A stretch of DNA of 64,000 bases, taken from the human T2T-CHM13v2.0 reference genome, Homo sapiens. The position numbers and the translations under genes are program-made. Shown here one piece after another: positions 1 through 15,009 of this stretch (position 1 is the first letter of the stretch; each line of letters starts with the position of its first letter). The DNA lies in assembly GCF_009914755.1 (NCBI RefSeq), contig NC_060933.1; one strand, given 5' to 3'. The notes beneath the pieces are model-generated. The model had not been told where the DNA came from. It searched no databases and saw nothing but the letters and a program-made list of their open reading frames with translations.

Positions 1-599
1 ATTGGTTTTTAAAAAGTATCCTTTCCAACCTTTTAGTGGGCTGTTCACCTAGTCACCCTGTAAACAAACAACATGCCTCCATTATGTTTTAATTTTTCTG
101 GAAAATGTTTATATAATAGAATGATGTTTCTTTTAAGTCCATTCCTAAGTAGGTGCAAATGACTTGAACGATCTTCTCATAACTTTCCTTTCATTCCATT
201 TTCCAAAATTTGCCCTTATTTCTTCTGCCTTTCTCTAATTTTCTGACCCTTTTGTTCATTGATAAAACCTAAAGTGACTGAAGAGTATGCACCAAGCAAC
301 CCATTTTTTTCTCCTCTTTTATTTATAATAAAACCCCCAACCTCATGTGTAATGTGACTTCCCTATTTAGAGTGATTAAATCTTAGTGGCACATTATTAT
401 CTGTGGGCTTTTAACTTTTGATTCTGCAGTGTTTCATTAAATATGCCATTTATTTGTAGGCCTAAGAGGGATTCTGGAAGAGTAGAAATGCAAAGGACCT
501 AATTCCGAGAAATTTTGGTACTGATCTTGGTTTTACCGCTTTCTAATGTATGATCCTAGGGGTGTCAGGGAAGCTGAACCACTCTAGGTGATAAAGTAC

Positions 600-1135
600 A
601 GAATCTGCTGCCTCGGTGTCTAGTCGTGGCCTGAAGTTGCTATAGATCAACTGAGAAGGCAGTTGGGAAGAAATGCCAAATGCCCTTTCACATGAAGGGT
701 AGAATGGGACAGGAAAACAAGGACAACTGGAACCCATGAGGACAATCTGGAATCCACAAGCACAAATTGGAACCTGGTCTGTTTCTCCCTGAATCTAACC
801 CTGTGACACAGGTATCCTGACAACCTGGTAGCCTTCTCCTGGAGAATCTGGTGGAGCCACACACACCCCTGGCTCACGAGTCAGAGAAGCTAGAGGAGGA
901 GAGCCCTGGCCCCAGACCATCAGTGTGAGCTAGCACAGTAGAGACACTGAATAAGCAGGTGCCTGGCACCGTGCATCAACCTTCAGAGCACCTTGGCTGC
1001 TGCTTCTCTTCTACCACCCAATCTCTGCACAAAGTTCTCCTGGGAACATCCCCAACCTGGATTTACACTGGGAAGGATATTCTGGGACTTGTAGCTTCAG
1101 CTTAGCTAAACAAACATGGTATAAAGCCAGTACAC
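600..1135. mobile_element. Old ERVL-type LTR relic (LTR33-like)
   Basis: Terminal segment gggaaggatattctgggacttgtagcttcagcttagctaa...ccagtaca resembles LTR33-group ends; left boundary uncertain. Confidence 0.45.
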
Positions 1136-2079
1136 TGGGTGTGTCTATAATCCACCTGAACTCCATTTCCTCATCTGTAGTGCAAGTTTATTATAGGGGC
1201 AAAAGCATCCTTAGCATTTGGTTGGTGTTCCATAAATTGTAATTATTATTATTATTATTATATAGATGTAGCATACTCAGATTGACTTTCTTGATACTCA
1301 TCACCTGAAAGGAAATACAAATTTAATCCTTAGTAGTTCCAAAACAGTCCATAGGCCTCCATTCATGCTTAGCAATCACCAAAACTTCCTCCTGAGAACG
1401 CTTCTTCCCCTATTGTCTTTTCAGGGGTGAGGGATGGGGTCCCCATTGCTGCTTCCAAACCATTTTTCCTCGTTCCTCCTTCAACCCAGGATTCTTAAAT
1501 TATGCCATTAACATTTTATCCCTTCTTGTTTCTATCTCTACCAACTTGCCACTCACACTGAATCATGAATTGATGGCCCTGGCATCTGTCTTACTGTCAG
1601 TTTTACCATGGTGGCTGTCAAAATCCTGGATGACTTCCACACCTATGCCAATGATTCATTCTACACTTTTAGTTTTTTCTTTTGCTCCACGTGGACCATT
1701 TACACTTAGGGTTGTACTGTAGATGTTACTTCATCAATACCGGTTTTGAAATATCTATTTAAAGCATTGTTCTTTCTACCGACTATCTCTTATCTTCCTT
1801 TCTCAGTTATTCTGGTATTCCACCAAGCCTCATCAAATTGCATTTCTAATATTTTGATCCATACTTCTCTTTGCACACAGTTCATATCTTCACTTACCTT
1901 CTTACTTAGTTTAGAGTTTATGGACCACCAATATAACCTCTCCATTACAAACCCCAGTAAGTTGCACACCCGTCTCTTTCTCTATCATAATCGCCTTAAA
2001 AAATCCCAACCCAGTTTAAACCTAAATATCTGTTTACTCAATGCTGGCACCCAAGCCAAATGCTGGAGAAAGAGTCAAT

Positions 2080-2262
2080 AAGAGGGAAGCCACAGTCTTC
2101 TCATAACCTAATTTCAGAACTGACATTGTATTGCTTATGCCATATTCTATTAGAAACAAGTCAATAGATGTAGTAAATGATGAAGGGAAGGAAATTGCAC
2201 AAGGGCATGAATACTAGGAAGGCAGGACCACTGGAGGCTATTTTAGAGGATGCCTACCATAT
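2080..2262 (-). mobile_element. MLT1-family MaLR LTR fragment
   Basis: cacaagggcatgaatactaggaaggcagg...gaggatgcctaccata terminus typical of MLT1. Confidence 0.6.
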
Positions 2263-2544
2263 CCAAGTTGCCAGTGATCCAAATCTCACCAATGTCAATG
2301 GGCAATTTTCTGCCCTCATCCTGCTTGACTTCTCAATGTCATTTGATACAATTAATTACTTCCTTATTAAAATACAAGGTCTCTGGTTTTGTGTGTCAGC
2401 ATATTTATTGGTTGGGTTTTTCTCACTGATGACTTCTTCTCCTTTACTGACCTCTAAATATTGAAATGTCTGAAGGCTCTTTCCTTGGTCCTCTTATCTT
2501 GATACCTACATTCTTGTGTGATCTCATTCCATCACATAGCTTTT

Positions 2545-2673
2545 TTAAAAATTAATTTACTGTTTTGATACAGGAGTCTCACTATGTTGCCAGGTTGGTC
2601 TTGAATTCCTGGACTCAAGCAATCCTCCCGCCTCAGCCTCCCAAGTAGCTGGGACTACAGGCACGTACCATCC
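2545..2673 (-). mobile_element. FLAM-type Alu monomer
   Basis: gtctcactatgttgccagg...ctcaagcaatcctcccgcctcagcctcccaagtagctgggactacagg; flanking duplication catagctttt on both sides. Confidence 0.85.
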
Positions 2674-3237
2674 CATAGCTTTTAATAGTATCTGTATTCT
2701 GACAAATCTCACATCTGTGGCTCCTCCAGTACCTTTCTCATTAGCTACAGAATCATCCATCCAATTGCTCACTCGACATTTTTTTCCACTTGGATGTCTG
2801 ATAAGCATCTCAAACTTTGCTTATATGAAAAAAGGACGATTGATTTCTCCCAAGCCTACCTTCTTCTCTGATCATCTCCTACCCTAATATCCCCCACTTG
2901 TTAAGTAAAACACCTTTGATTTCTCTTCTTTGCACGTACAATGCATCCAGTCCATCTACAAGTCCATTATTCTCTCCTTCCAAAATATGTGCTGAATCTT
3001 ACCTGGTTGGCCCATCTCCATTACTGTAGCTGTCACCTGGACTACTAAAGTGGCCTCCTGTCTCTTCTTTTCTTCAGTCTTGTCCTGTTCACACCAGCCT
3101 CTGCAGAGGGAGCCACAGAAAATATTTTAGAGCATAGGTCAGAGCATGTCACTGTCCTGGTTAAAACCCTTCAAAGTCTTCCTATTGTAATGAGAATTAA
3201 ATCTAGAATCTTCCTTCACTCTCTAATATAAAACAGA

Positions 3238-3830
<593 letters not shown>

Positions 3831-5577
3831 CCAGATAATAAATAAGCTGCCTTTTTCAAACTCATTTCTACATCTTCAACTCAGCTCACCTCTTCAGATT
3901 GAGTTCCCTCCCTTCCCTTTTTCTCTTCGTTTGTCACTCTATGCCAACATGGGCCTTCTTTTTGTCCCTCCCTTATGACTAACTAGTTGTACTTCAGGGT
4001 CTTTGCACTTGCTTTTTCTTCCGTTTAGAATGTTTTTCCCTATAATCTTTGAAGAGCTGCCTCTTTCTCATAGTTCACATTCTACTAAACAACCTGCTTT
4101 CTCAGTTACCTTCCCTGACCATCCCATGTAAAGTAGTGTCTGTCCCCTGCTCTCATCCCAAGGCAGTTCCTATCACATCCTATTTTGTTATTTTTCTATA
4201 ATATTTATCACTACACAAAATTACTTTATTTCAGTGTTTTGTGTCTGTTTTATCCCTCTCTCCCACCAGAAAATGAGCTTCTAGAGTTTGGTTCTTTGTC
4301 TCTCTTGTTCTTCACAATATTCTTAGTGCCTAGAGCAAAGCCTGATGCCTCACAAGTGCTCTATAAATGTTTGCTGACTGCCTGCCTGATTCAACCAACA
4401 AATGTAATTGAATATCCACTGTCCACACATCCTCAAAACAGACCCTTAACTTTTACTGTTAAGAGTGACCTAAGGACTAGAGAAATCCACCTAAGTGATT
4501 ACCAAGGGGCTAATGTCCAGTTCGTTTCTAATGTTCATTATTATCCACTTAATTCACTGGATCAACTGTTGTTTTTTTTTTCATGCCTAGAAAAATTTTT
4601 GGTTTGTTTTTGTATTTACGCATGGAGGAACTGAAGCTTGGCGAGAACAAGAGTGAATTTTGGCCCAAGGTCACACAGATGGTAAGTGGCACATCAGGGG
4701 TTAGAACCCAGTCTGGCTGTCAATAAAACTGTACCCACCCAGGTGCTTCTCCAAGGGCTGAAAATCTGCCTCATTTGTCTAACAGGCTGCCCAAGTCCCC
4801 TTAGATCATGAGAGGGACAAGTGACCAGGCAAAACAAGGGGGAGGTTTTGTTTCCTCTAGAGGGGAAGAAAACATGTAGCCCCTATCTAGAGAAAAATCC
4901 TCTCCATGGTTTCCCCAAACACATTCCACCAAAGAGAACTTCGTCTTTAATAATGTTCCCATTTTGCTCCCATTTTGGTCCAGCATGTAAGAAAGTCTCT
5001 ATGAATGGTATTTTGAGTGGCGGGCAGAGAAGCAAGTAGGGCAGGGAGTATTATCTTAGGGTAGGATAACTTGAAAGATATGAGATTGCTTTTACTATCA
5101 TATTAGCTTCCCTGCCCATCATCAGAGTCAATTCTGCTAGCCTTGCTCTCTAGCAAGGAGCCTCTCCATTCCCCATCAATCCATGCATTTCTTTCCCAAG
5201 GCTGAACCATATCTGGAAAACAGCCATGTTCCATATAGTTCCTGGGAAGGCTAGGCCTCAACACCACACATCTTGGATCAGATCAGTACCTCCCTATTGG
5301 TGCAACTGTTGGGGAATAGGAGTTTTTATTCTATTAAAGTTTTGGAGACACTCATGGAGCAGGAATTTTGAATAGGCAGAAAACATTATTATAATAGTAG
5401 CTACTGTTAATACTACTGGATATCTGGCATTATTCCAGGTGAATTAAATGTATTTATTCTTATAATTCAGTCCTTTCAACAATTATAAAAATATATGTTA
5501 TTGTCCTCATTTTTATATATAGGAGGAAACTGAGTCTCAGAGGGTTTAAGGTTGTATTTGCTGAAGGTCTCATTGTT

Positions 5578-6034
5578 GGTATTAGTTAGAATTAGCTTTG
5601 ACTGCAAGTGACAGGAACACAAGATTGGCTAAAACAAAATGTGAGTTGTATTTTCCTCTCTCACGCCACACAGGGTTAGGGTCAGGCTTCCCAATTGTCA
5701 AATTGCACCTCATGTTTCTCTGCCATCCGCCACACAGGGGTTCTGTCTGATGGTCCAAGATGGCTGCAGTGGGTCACCACCTACTCTCTAGTAGGAGGAA
5801 ACAAAGGGAGAAGAGAATTTCCACTTCTCTTAAGGACACTTCTTGGAAGTGACAAACACTACTTCTACTTGCAACCATCGATCCGAGCTATATCTCAAAG
5901 ACTTGCCCAGCTGCAAGAGAGACTGATAAACATAATCTATTCTGGGTGGCTACGTGTCCAGCTAAATTCAGGATTTATGTTTTTGAGGAAGAAGGGGAAA
6001 AGGGATGTTGAAAGACAATTAGCAGTCTGGCACA
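5578..6034 (-). mobile_element. Old MLT1 LTR
   Basis: gtattagttagaattagctttgactgcaagtgacag...gacaattagcagtctggcaca. Confidence 0.6.
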
Positions 6035-7397
6035 GAAGGGATGTGGACTCAGGGCTATGTGGTCCAGAGACTAGAACCTTTCCGTCATCTCACACTGCTT
6101 CTTGAGCACCTTGGCAGCCAAGGAGAGGAGGCAGAGTGCCAAAGATAGTTTTTCTGTGTGTCCTGAGGTGGCCTGAGGGCCTCTGAAAGTCAGCCTCTGA
6201 GACACATGCTATAGGCTGTCTTAGATATTTCCTCGATTTTTTGCTCCCCCAGCATTTTGAATACGTTTATATATTCATCCATATGTTATCATTGTTTATT
6301 TTCAGTTTTCCTGAATCAAACATTGGCAAATTGGTAACATTCATTACATGAATGACTGAATTGATGAAACGGCCAATTTTGTTTTTTTTTATCTCTAGCA
6401 TAATGTCTAGCATTTTACAGGTATTCAACAAATATATGTTTATTGAATGGATGCCTGGAGAGCCAACAACTTTCCTAATTCAATTTTTTTTCTAATTTTG
6501 AGTAAGCACAGCCTACTTTCTCAGCATATCCTTTTCTCTTCCAGGATGGGAGAAGAGAGAAAACAGAAAAGACAATAGAAAAAGAAAAAATGGGACAAGG
6601 TATATTTATTATACAAGTTCTCTCATCCCTTACTTTCTTCTCTCCATTTATTTTTGATACCACAATCATGAATTTTCCTATCCAAATGGACTTCCATAAT
6701 ACTCTTTGAGGAATGGCCTAAGAATGCTACCTTCAAGCAGCCTGATGACCACCGAACTTAGAAATATTTGGAGAAGTTGCAACAAATTTTATTTTGTCAA
6801 AGCTTACATGATTTCTCTTTGTGACATTTTCTTCCCCGACAACCTAAATGAAATTGTATATTTCAAAGCTTTCAAGACAAAATAAAAGTTTGAAAATCCC
6901 TTGCAAGTTAGTACTGGTAAATTCATAGTTATTTTAACTCTATAAAGAAGTAAACATCATCACATTCCTCATGAAAAACTCCAGCAAGAGCCACTGGCAC
7001 GGTTTGAATATAAACAACCAGCACTAAATGACTTCATCAAGCTACAATCCCTGTGCTCAGCGATTTAGAGGAAATCAGCAGCTTAACCAAGGTTTATTTT
7101 GTTTTTTTTTTTTTTCTTTTGCTGAGCAATTGGGGGCCAAAAATAAAACACTATTACATCAAACTGCAGACAAATAAAAATCTGAATACATTTGCTGTCT
7201 TCTCAGGGCCTTTCTGAACCTAATGCACACCGGAGAGCCCAAAGCTGTCAAGATGTTTCTTGCCATTAGGCACTGGGGGATATTGTCCAATAAGTCCTGC
7301 TGGCATTGTCAGTTCTGAGGGTAAAGTAGGGGAAAGTTCAGAAGGATGTAAATATTTTCTAATAGATGAAAGTGATATCTAACACATTCCCCTGCCC

Positions 7398-7851
7398 TTT
7401 TCTTTCTTTCTTTCTTTCTTTCTTTTTTTTTTTTTTTTTTTACAAACAGTAAGAAACACTTTATTATAACTTTACAATATATAAATAGCTTGGGTCAAAT
7501 CTGTGCTTTCTGGCAGCCGGGCACCAAGTCTGCTCCCCTGCAGGCTCCTGCCTTCCTTCACATTGCACTGTTCATTGGGTGGCTCTAGCCTGGGGCCTGG
7601 TGGTCGAGGCTGGAGTCAAGGGGCTGGGCGGCCCAGTCCCACCCTCCATCTCCTCATGCGGTGGCCTGTGCCTGTCATCTGCTTGGGTTGCAGCTGGTGT
7701 GGAAGGACCGCTCCTCAGGGGTCAGGCCAGCAAAGAAGGGGTGCAGCAGGGCCTCGGCCAGTGTGATGCGCCGGGCAGGGTCAAATTCTAACATCCTCCT
7801 CATCAGGTCAAACAGCTGCACGTGCTCCAGGGAGTCTTGGAGCATGTAACT
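7398..7851 (-). pseudogene. CLK3: 5'-truncated retrocopy of CLK3 (CDC-like kinase 3): last coding exon + 3'UTR + poly(A)
   Basis: 7851-7675 translates [58 protein letters not shown]. This matches the CLK3 C-terminus as I recall it (parent ...DPAQRIT...HTSRNPSR). A GC-rich 3'UTR follows, then AATAAA (plus-strand TTTATT 7460-7465) and a poly(A)/(GAAA)n tail at 7398-7441. The symbol names the parent gene. Confidence 0.92.
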
Positions 7852-8369
7852 CTGCTCAGGGACACAAGGTGCCTCAGTGTGACGGCAGGGTCGTGGGAAG
7901 CCACAGCAGGTCCCCTTGCCTCTGGGATGCCTTGCTGGACTGGATCGAGGAGGCAGTGATGCCTCCTTGGAGGACTCTACTTCCGCCCTCCTGGACAATG
8001 AGCAGCTCCTTTCCTTTCATGCCTGTTTAACGTTTTGCTCGGAAGGCAAGATGAATTATCTGCATTAATTAGCATGTTGAAAAACTTCTGGATTGCCAAG
8101 TGTGTTCCTGTGGGTGGTGGGAAACATGTAAATAGGATGTACAGCAATCTGTTGAAAAGAGCCAATGTTTTTTACTTTGTGAGTACATATGAAATGTGAA
8201 ACAGCTTAGTCAGGTATGTGGCACTGGTCTTTCCAGTTAAACAGATGAACATTTGTCTAACAACACTGGTGTACAGTGCTTGAGCTTTGAAATGCCAATT
8301 TGCTCAAGACACTAGGCATTGTTAAAAGAACACTCTTTGGGAGACAAGTTAAATCATTATCATCTCCAG

Positions 8370-9760
8370 CATACATAACAGTTATTGAACACTAAACTAA
8401 TTATTTCATTTAATTTTCACAGCAACCCTTGGAGGAAAGTACAACTGGTATCATCACCATCTAACAGATAACAAAAATGGAGCATTGCAGCAGTTAGGTA
8501 ATTTGGCCCCAAACCACAAAGGTACTACATGGTAGAGTCAGGATTTGATCCAGGTCAGTCTGACTCTCAGAGCCAATATCCTTCACAGCATTATGGTGAA
8601 GACTTTGTCCATCTTCTTAACTGGATGGCATTACAGGTGTTACTTAGCTTTGCTGTGCCTCTATTTCTTTGTCTATAAAAGGGGAACAACATTAATTTTA
8701 TATCATTGATTTGTGAGGATTAAATTATATACTGAATATAAAACATTCAGTAAAATGTCTTGTTATGCATGTCATGTTATGATTATTCTTTTAAAGTGTC
8801 TAATTTAAGAGTTGGGAAAAATCTAATTACCATCCAGTTTTCTCATTTGGCGAGTAGGAGTTGGACTGAGTAAATGAAATGTATTGCCAACAGAGCTCAC
8901 ATTCATGGACCTACACTGATAGAACTTGGAGGAGTCCACATCAAGCCTTCTTCATAGTAATTGATGAAGAAATTGGGGTCCAAAGAGTCCAGTCGTCACT
9001 GGGACTATAGACTGGGAAACTGGGCCTTGGTAGAACTCTTCAAAGTTGCTGATGTGCCTTTCCGTGTGAGTACAATGAACTCTTATCTACCTTTTTGCTT
9101 TCATTTTCTTGCTGGAATGTGTCCTTTGTAAACAGTGACCCCATATTGTTATCAGTCAAGTACATGTTAGTTCAACATGTTTTTTTTCATATTTATAAAT
9201 GTGAAAAATAAAATTTTTATCTTCCCAAAACTTAAAAATTCCTTGCCTATGAAAGTTTACTTTTCTTTTAGACATGTACTAAAAGAAGCACAGCTTACAT
9301 AGAATCCTTTAAAAGCCAATTTGAGGAAGCAAACCCAGAGCAATCACAATTATAGATGTATATGTCAATATATTTAAATATTATTTAAAACAGTGTATTT
9401 TGTAAAGATATGTATTTTTACCTTGAAAGTCCATATAAAACAACAGTTCCAAGTTAGGATGGGCAACAAACATGTGTCCTCATTATATTTGATTTTTTAA
9501 AGTTTATTATTAAATAGAAAGGTTCTAATATTCGGGTCTATTATGTTCACAACACTTTAAATCGTTCCCATTTTATCGTCAATAACCCCATGAGGTAGGT
9601 ATTATGATCCTTATTTTAAAATGAGGTAACTGAAGATGTTTGGTAATTTACTGAACATCCTACAGCTACAAGGGACAAAAGGGCAAAACTGAGACTGAAA
9701 TCCAAATCTTTACGATACCCAAAGCTCGAGATTTTTCCATTGTTCCAGGCTGCTTTGAAC
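8370..9760. mobile_element. Cluster of MIR SINE fragments (~8370-8580 minus, ~8640-8760 plus, ~9530-9750 minus)
   Basis: MIR core motifs such as caataaccccatgaggtaggtattatgatccttattttaaaatgaggtaactgaag. Confidence 0.6.
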
Positions 9761-10316
9761 AGAATTACGCACTACAGTTTATTTTTACCACGCGTGTTAT
9801 TCCCCATCCCACTTTTCCTTTTGCTGATTGTATCAGCCACAGTCCGGTCAGGGAAAGAGAATTACACATCTTGGAAATCATGACTACAGCAGAGGAATTG
9901 GATTTTACACAATTGTGGAAGAGTTGAGAAGTAAAGGCCTGGCTGGAGGAGGGAATCAGAGGGTCATAGAATAATCCGTAGCCACTTTCCCTGAAGCACT
10001 AGTGCCTGGAGTGAATCAGAGATTGTGAGGGGATCTGAGAAGCCTAGCATGTCTAGCTGCCCCCTGGGATTGCAAAGAAGCAGCTTGTGGAAGGGTCTGT
10101 GGATGCTGGCACCTTGTGGAAGCTGCTGCCCCCACAGCTCTGCAGCCAGGTATGTGTATCATGCTTAATAGGACAAAGGCCAAACTCAACCACTGGACAA
10201 AGAAGACTCCTCATGATCTCTTTTCTGTTGACTTTGGCTGCTTCATCCCATAACACTACCTTACCACATTTTTCTTCAGCAGTGCAAACTGTACTCATCT
10301 TACAGGTTTTGTGTGA

Positions 10317-10694
<378 letters not shown>

Positions 10695-11110
10695 TCAACT
10701 TCTAAGTTATAAACAAGAGAATCTACTTCAGCTGGTTGAAGCATATGATAAGTTTATTCCAGGTTATTAGGTGGCTCAGAGGAGGCCAAATCAGCCTGGT
10801 GAGCATATGAACAGAAACAATATCCAAACTATACTATGGGTCTGTCCTAGCAGCAAGCCTGCTGCAGCTACCACTAGGCACAGACACCACAACAGGCACC
10901 GCTAATGCTGCTCCCTGACTCCAGAGTTGCCACCACTGTCATTCCCAGAAACCAGAGTCCTCTGTATCAGCCTCACATGAAAATAAAGTTCATGCTGTTG
11001 TGTTCTCACCCTGCTGTCTTCTAAGTCAAAGTCTCATGGATGTGTCTGACTGGTAAAGCCTAAGTCACACACCTATGCTCTTGCCGCAAGGGAGACTGGG
11101 AAAGTAAGAG
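10695..11110 (-). mobile_element. Old MLT1 LTR fragment
   Basis: gtgtctgactggtaaagcctaagtcacacacctatgctcttgccgcaagggagactgggaaag motif. Confidence 0.5.
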
Positions 11111-11492
11111 AGAAAGGGGAAATTGCCCCCTTGGAAACTTGTCAAAGACTGACTCTCTGCAGGCTGCCTTTTAGAAAATGAGCTGCTCCTTTGCAACTGG
11201 ATGGAAACTGGCTATAGCCCAGGATTAAGGCACTCAATTCTGGCCAACATGAGTCTTGGATCCCAGGAGAAGGGCTGGTACTTCCTGAGTCTTGAATGCA
11301 GATTGAGGTGCTGGGGCTCGAGCCAAAGTCTTGCTATGTTATACAACTATAATAGCAAGCCTTGGTCCTCAGCTTCTTCCTTATACCAGGAGAAGGCCAG
11401 TTACCCTCACATCATGAAAGCTTGGGGCAGTGATAATAGAGATGTTTATAAGATATAACAATGTCACAAAGAGAGCCAATGTTCTACCATGT

Positions 11493-11868
11493 AGTATTAG
11501 TTCATTCTCATGCTGCTAATAAAGAAATATCCAAGACTTGGTAATTTATAAAGAAAGAGGTTTAATTGACTCACAGTTCAGCATGGCTGGGGAGGCCTTA
11601 GGAAACTTACAATCATGGCAGAAGAGAAAGTAAACATGTCCTTCTTCACATGATGGCAGCAAGGAGAATAAGCAAAAGGGGGAAAAGCCCCTTATAAAAC
11701 CATCAGAAGTCACTCATTATCACAGGAAGAGCATTAAAGTAACTGCCCCCATGATTCGATTACCTCCCACCAGGTCACTCCCACAACACATGGGGATTAT
11801 GGGAACTATTAATCATCTTAATACAATTCAAGATGAGATGTGTGTGGGGACACAGCCAAACCATATCA
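11493..11868 (-). mobile_element. THE1 (B/C-like) solo LTR
   Basis: gtattagttcattctcatgctgctaataaag...ggggacacagccaaaccatatca; perfect 5-bp TSD catgt (11488-11492 / 11869-11873). Confidence 0.93.
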
Positions 11869-13214
11869 CATGTTATATGACTATTGTACCCTGAACCTTC
11901 ACTACTTGAGGGGAGGGGCCATTGCTAATCACGTAGTTCATAAAAGTGCCATGGCCCAAGGTTGCAGTCTGTCTCTAGGAGTCTGCTGTCTGGCCCTGTT
12001 AAGCCTCTGTGCTCTGCCCTAGAATGCAATGGATTACAGGGCCCTGCACAACTGCTACTGCTTCTATCTTTATGAGCTCTATTTATTTATTCATTTAGCC
12101 AGTTCTGATGTGTGTGATAAATGGCATTTTCACTTTTTACCCAAGAACAAGTAACTGGCTTCCACCTTTGGGATGTGAATTTTTCACTGCGGAAAATTAC
12201 CCAAATATAGGAAAGATAGTAAAAAATACTGGGTTATCACAAAGCCTGACAGATATCTACTACTCCAAATAAATGTTAATTTATAATTAATTTCCCCTCC
12301 CTCTTCCCTACTCGCCTATTATTGGTGGACTCCATTATCTTGGGGAGTTGATTTTGGCATCAGGCAGGCCTGAGTCCCAGTTCTTCTTCTACTAAAACCA
12401 TCAGGCCTTGGGAAATTAACATTATCTCTTATGAGTCTCAGTTGCTCATTTGTGAAATAAGGCATACTAGTAAGACTTATTTTAAAGGATAATTGTTATA
12501 ATTAAATGAAACAAAGTATGCAAATAACTTACTACTATGTCAAGCACTTAAGAAACACCTAAGAAATGCAAGCAATTCTTACAGGAAGACTTCAAGGAAA
12601 GTAGTTCTATCATGATCTTTATTGTTTAGGGCTTGTCTGGTGATAATCTACTCTATTCTCTTACTAACACTTACCCTAAAACCCAGTTCCACTGACAATT
12701 TTGGGAAATATGCTCTTCATCAATGGAAGAGTGAGGAGGAGAGAAAGGAATGGAAAAACACATAAGGCTCGTGGAAGTTCATGCCCATATATCACAGGTA
12801 GACAACAAACTCAATTTAAATCACAAAAGTGCAAAGCAGCATAGTGCAGAGCAAAAGTTGGCCTTGTGGTCACAATCCAATGCTGAATTTCAGCATTCTT
12901 TTTTCCTAGCTGTGGGACCTTGACACTGGCACTTGAGACCCACTAATTTATTCATTTAGCCAGTCGTGCAGGCAACAAACATTATTGATCATCTGTCATG
13001 TGCCAGATGTGAACTGGTGTGAATGATACAGAGAATTTTGTAAGGGAGACAGGCATGGTGGCAAATACTCATGATTCACTATGAAAGATGTGATAACAGA
13101 GATGTTTACAAGATATAATGATGGCACAAAGGGAGTTTAAGACTTCCTGGGTGTAGGGGAGGACTCAGGGGATGCTGTACACAGTAGGCAGCATTGCAAC
13201 TGGGTTTCAAATAC

Positions 13215-14196
13215 TGTTAACTAAAAAAATCATGAGATCTATAAATCTGGAGAAGAGACTTTATTTCTTATAAGGGTTACAGCCTGTAAATATGGTTCTC
13301 CTGCAGGCTGGGAAGTATAGCCTTTGGCAAAGACCAGAAGACAGATACTTCAAAGGAGGTCAAAGGAGGAGGGGTTGGGGCAGGAGCTTTATGATGAAAT
13401 GGGTTTGGCTAATTATACATATTCAGCAGGTTACAAGAGGAACTATAAATATTCATGAAAGTGGTCCTAAAGCATGTGTATTCACTACACACACATGTAA
13501 CATACGACCCATGTTCATTGTGTTGGTGGAGACTTAATATTGTAGTATCTACAATTAGGCCCTAGATGTCAAAGGCTGAAGCTGGGACATGAAGATAATC
13601 AAGTGTGCAGACTCTCTAAAACTGGCCAGAACTAGTCTGTGGTTGGTGTTCTTCTTAACAGGAGAAAGCTACTGAGATAAGTCTCTTATCTAGCCAAAGC
13701 TGTGGTTATGGCTTGTGGAACAGGCGGGGTGGGAGGGGGGACTGAGGTGGTGTTGGTCAGTTAGTCAGTAGGCAATGGTGGCAGTGAATTGAATGTGACT
13801 GAGCTGCAATTGTTTGAACATTGCTTACCTTGAGGCCCCGTGCTTGCTGGGCTGCCACAGAACAAGAAAAACCTTGTAGAAGTTAGAACATAGTTCATTC
13901 TTTAAGGGTAGGGTGCAGGACTTAAGTAACCCTTGCCTGGCACAGCCTTAGGCCCTGTTTATAATTTGGTATTTTATTGTCACAAAGAGTCTGTTCCGGC
14001 TACTTTAACATTAATGCTGGTTGGTTGTGTCTAAACTGCAAAAAGGGAAGGGGTATAATGAGACGTGTCTCACCTCCTGTCCTGTCATGGCCAGGAATTC
14101 AGTTTTTAAGGCTTCTCTGGGTTCCCTCTGGCCAAGATGGTATGATGGTGTCCATTCAGTCAGTTGGGAGGCTTGGGATTTTATTTTTAGTTTACA
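13215..14196 (-). mobile_element. ERV1 MER4-group solo LTR (MER49-like), inserted in an L2
   Basis: TG...CA termini; end gtccattcagtcagttgggaggcttgggattttatttttagtttaca is typical of MER4-group; 4-bp TSD atac/agac; L2 continues on both sides. Confidence 0.75.
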
Positions 14197-15009
14197 AGAC
14201 TGAGTAAGAATTTTCAAGGCAGGCAAATGGAAAAAGGACATTTTAGACAAGGAGAAAAGCCTTATGCCTACACCTTACAACAGATGAATCCTGCCCTGAC
14301 AGAAATCAAAGGGCCTAGATAATCAGTAATCAGATATTTTTTTAATGGGTAAAGCTTTTAACAGCAGAAAACTCCTTATCCTCCTCCTCATCATGATCAT
14401 CATAAACATCAATAACCGAAGCACCAGTAAGCAGTTAAGTTTAGGTCCACAGGATTAGCCCAGGCAGAGTGAGTGTTCTTTGTATTTAATAAAGGCTCAT
14501 TCTGGAAGAGGATATTGAGTCATTTGCCTAAGTCTCTGGAATTTTCACACTTTTACTACCAGTATCACATATCGATGAATATTATTCTGGAGACCTCCAG
14601 AAAGAGCCATATTTTCAGAGTGAGAAGGCAGGAATAAGAGGTAATCACTATATTACAATTACATTAGAAAGGAAGAAATTGGTTACATGAACTAACACTT
14701 CTGAGATATAGTGTGAGTATGGTTACAGATATAACATATTTGACATAGTAAACCAATGTAGTTTTATTTCCTCCCTAAATCACGTTCCCTTGCAGTCTTT
14801 CAACTTCATGGCTAAGCTGTGAGGCTCATTACTCTAGGCAAAGTGAGGACAGATCCTACCTAGGAAAAAGAGTCACTGAGTATCAAAGTCTATAATAAGT
14901 CTTAAAAATCAGGCTTTTTTTTTTTTTTAATAAGCAGGTTTTTCAATTTCTTTAACTCCCATTATCAGATCGAGTGCCAGACCTTGTGAGACTCAATTAT
15001 TCTGAGAGA

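Noticed and set aside
7675-7998. 107-aa ORF as a functional kinase gene
   Set aside because: It starts at a TTG. The N-terminal half is intron-like or flanking sequence, and only the last exon of the kinase is present, followed by a genomic poly(A) tail.
11430-13135. Similar 40-mers (agagatgttta[t/c]aagatataa...cacaaag) at ~11439 and ~13098
   Set aside because: The second lies in a decayed L2 and both are plausibly L2-derived; too short to claim a duplication.
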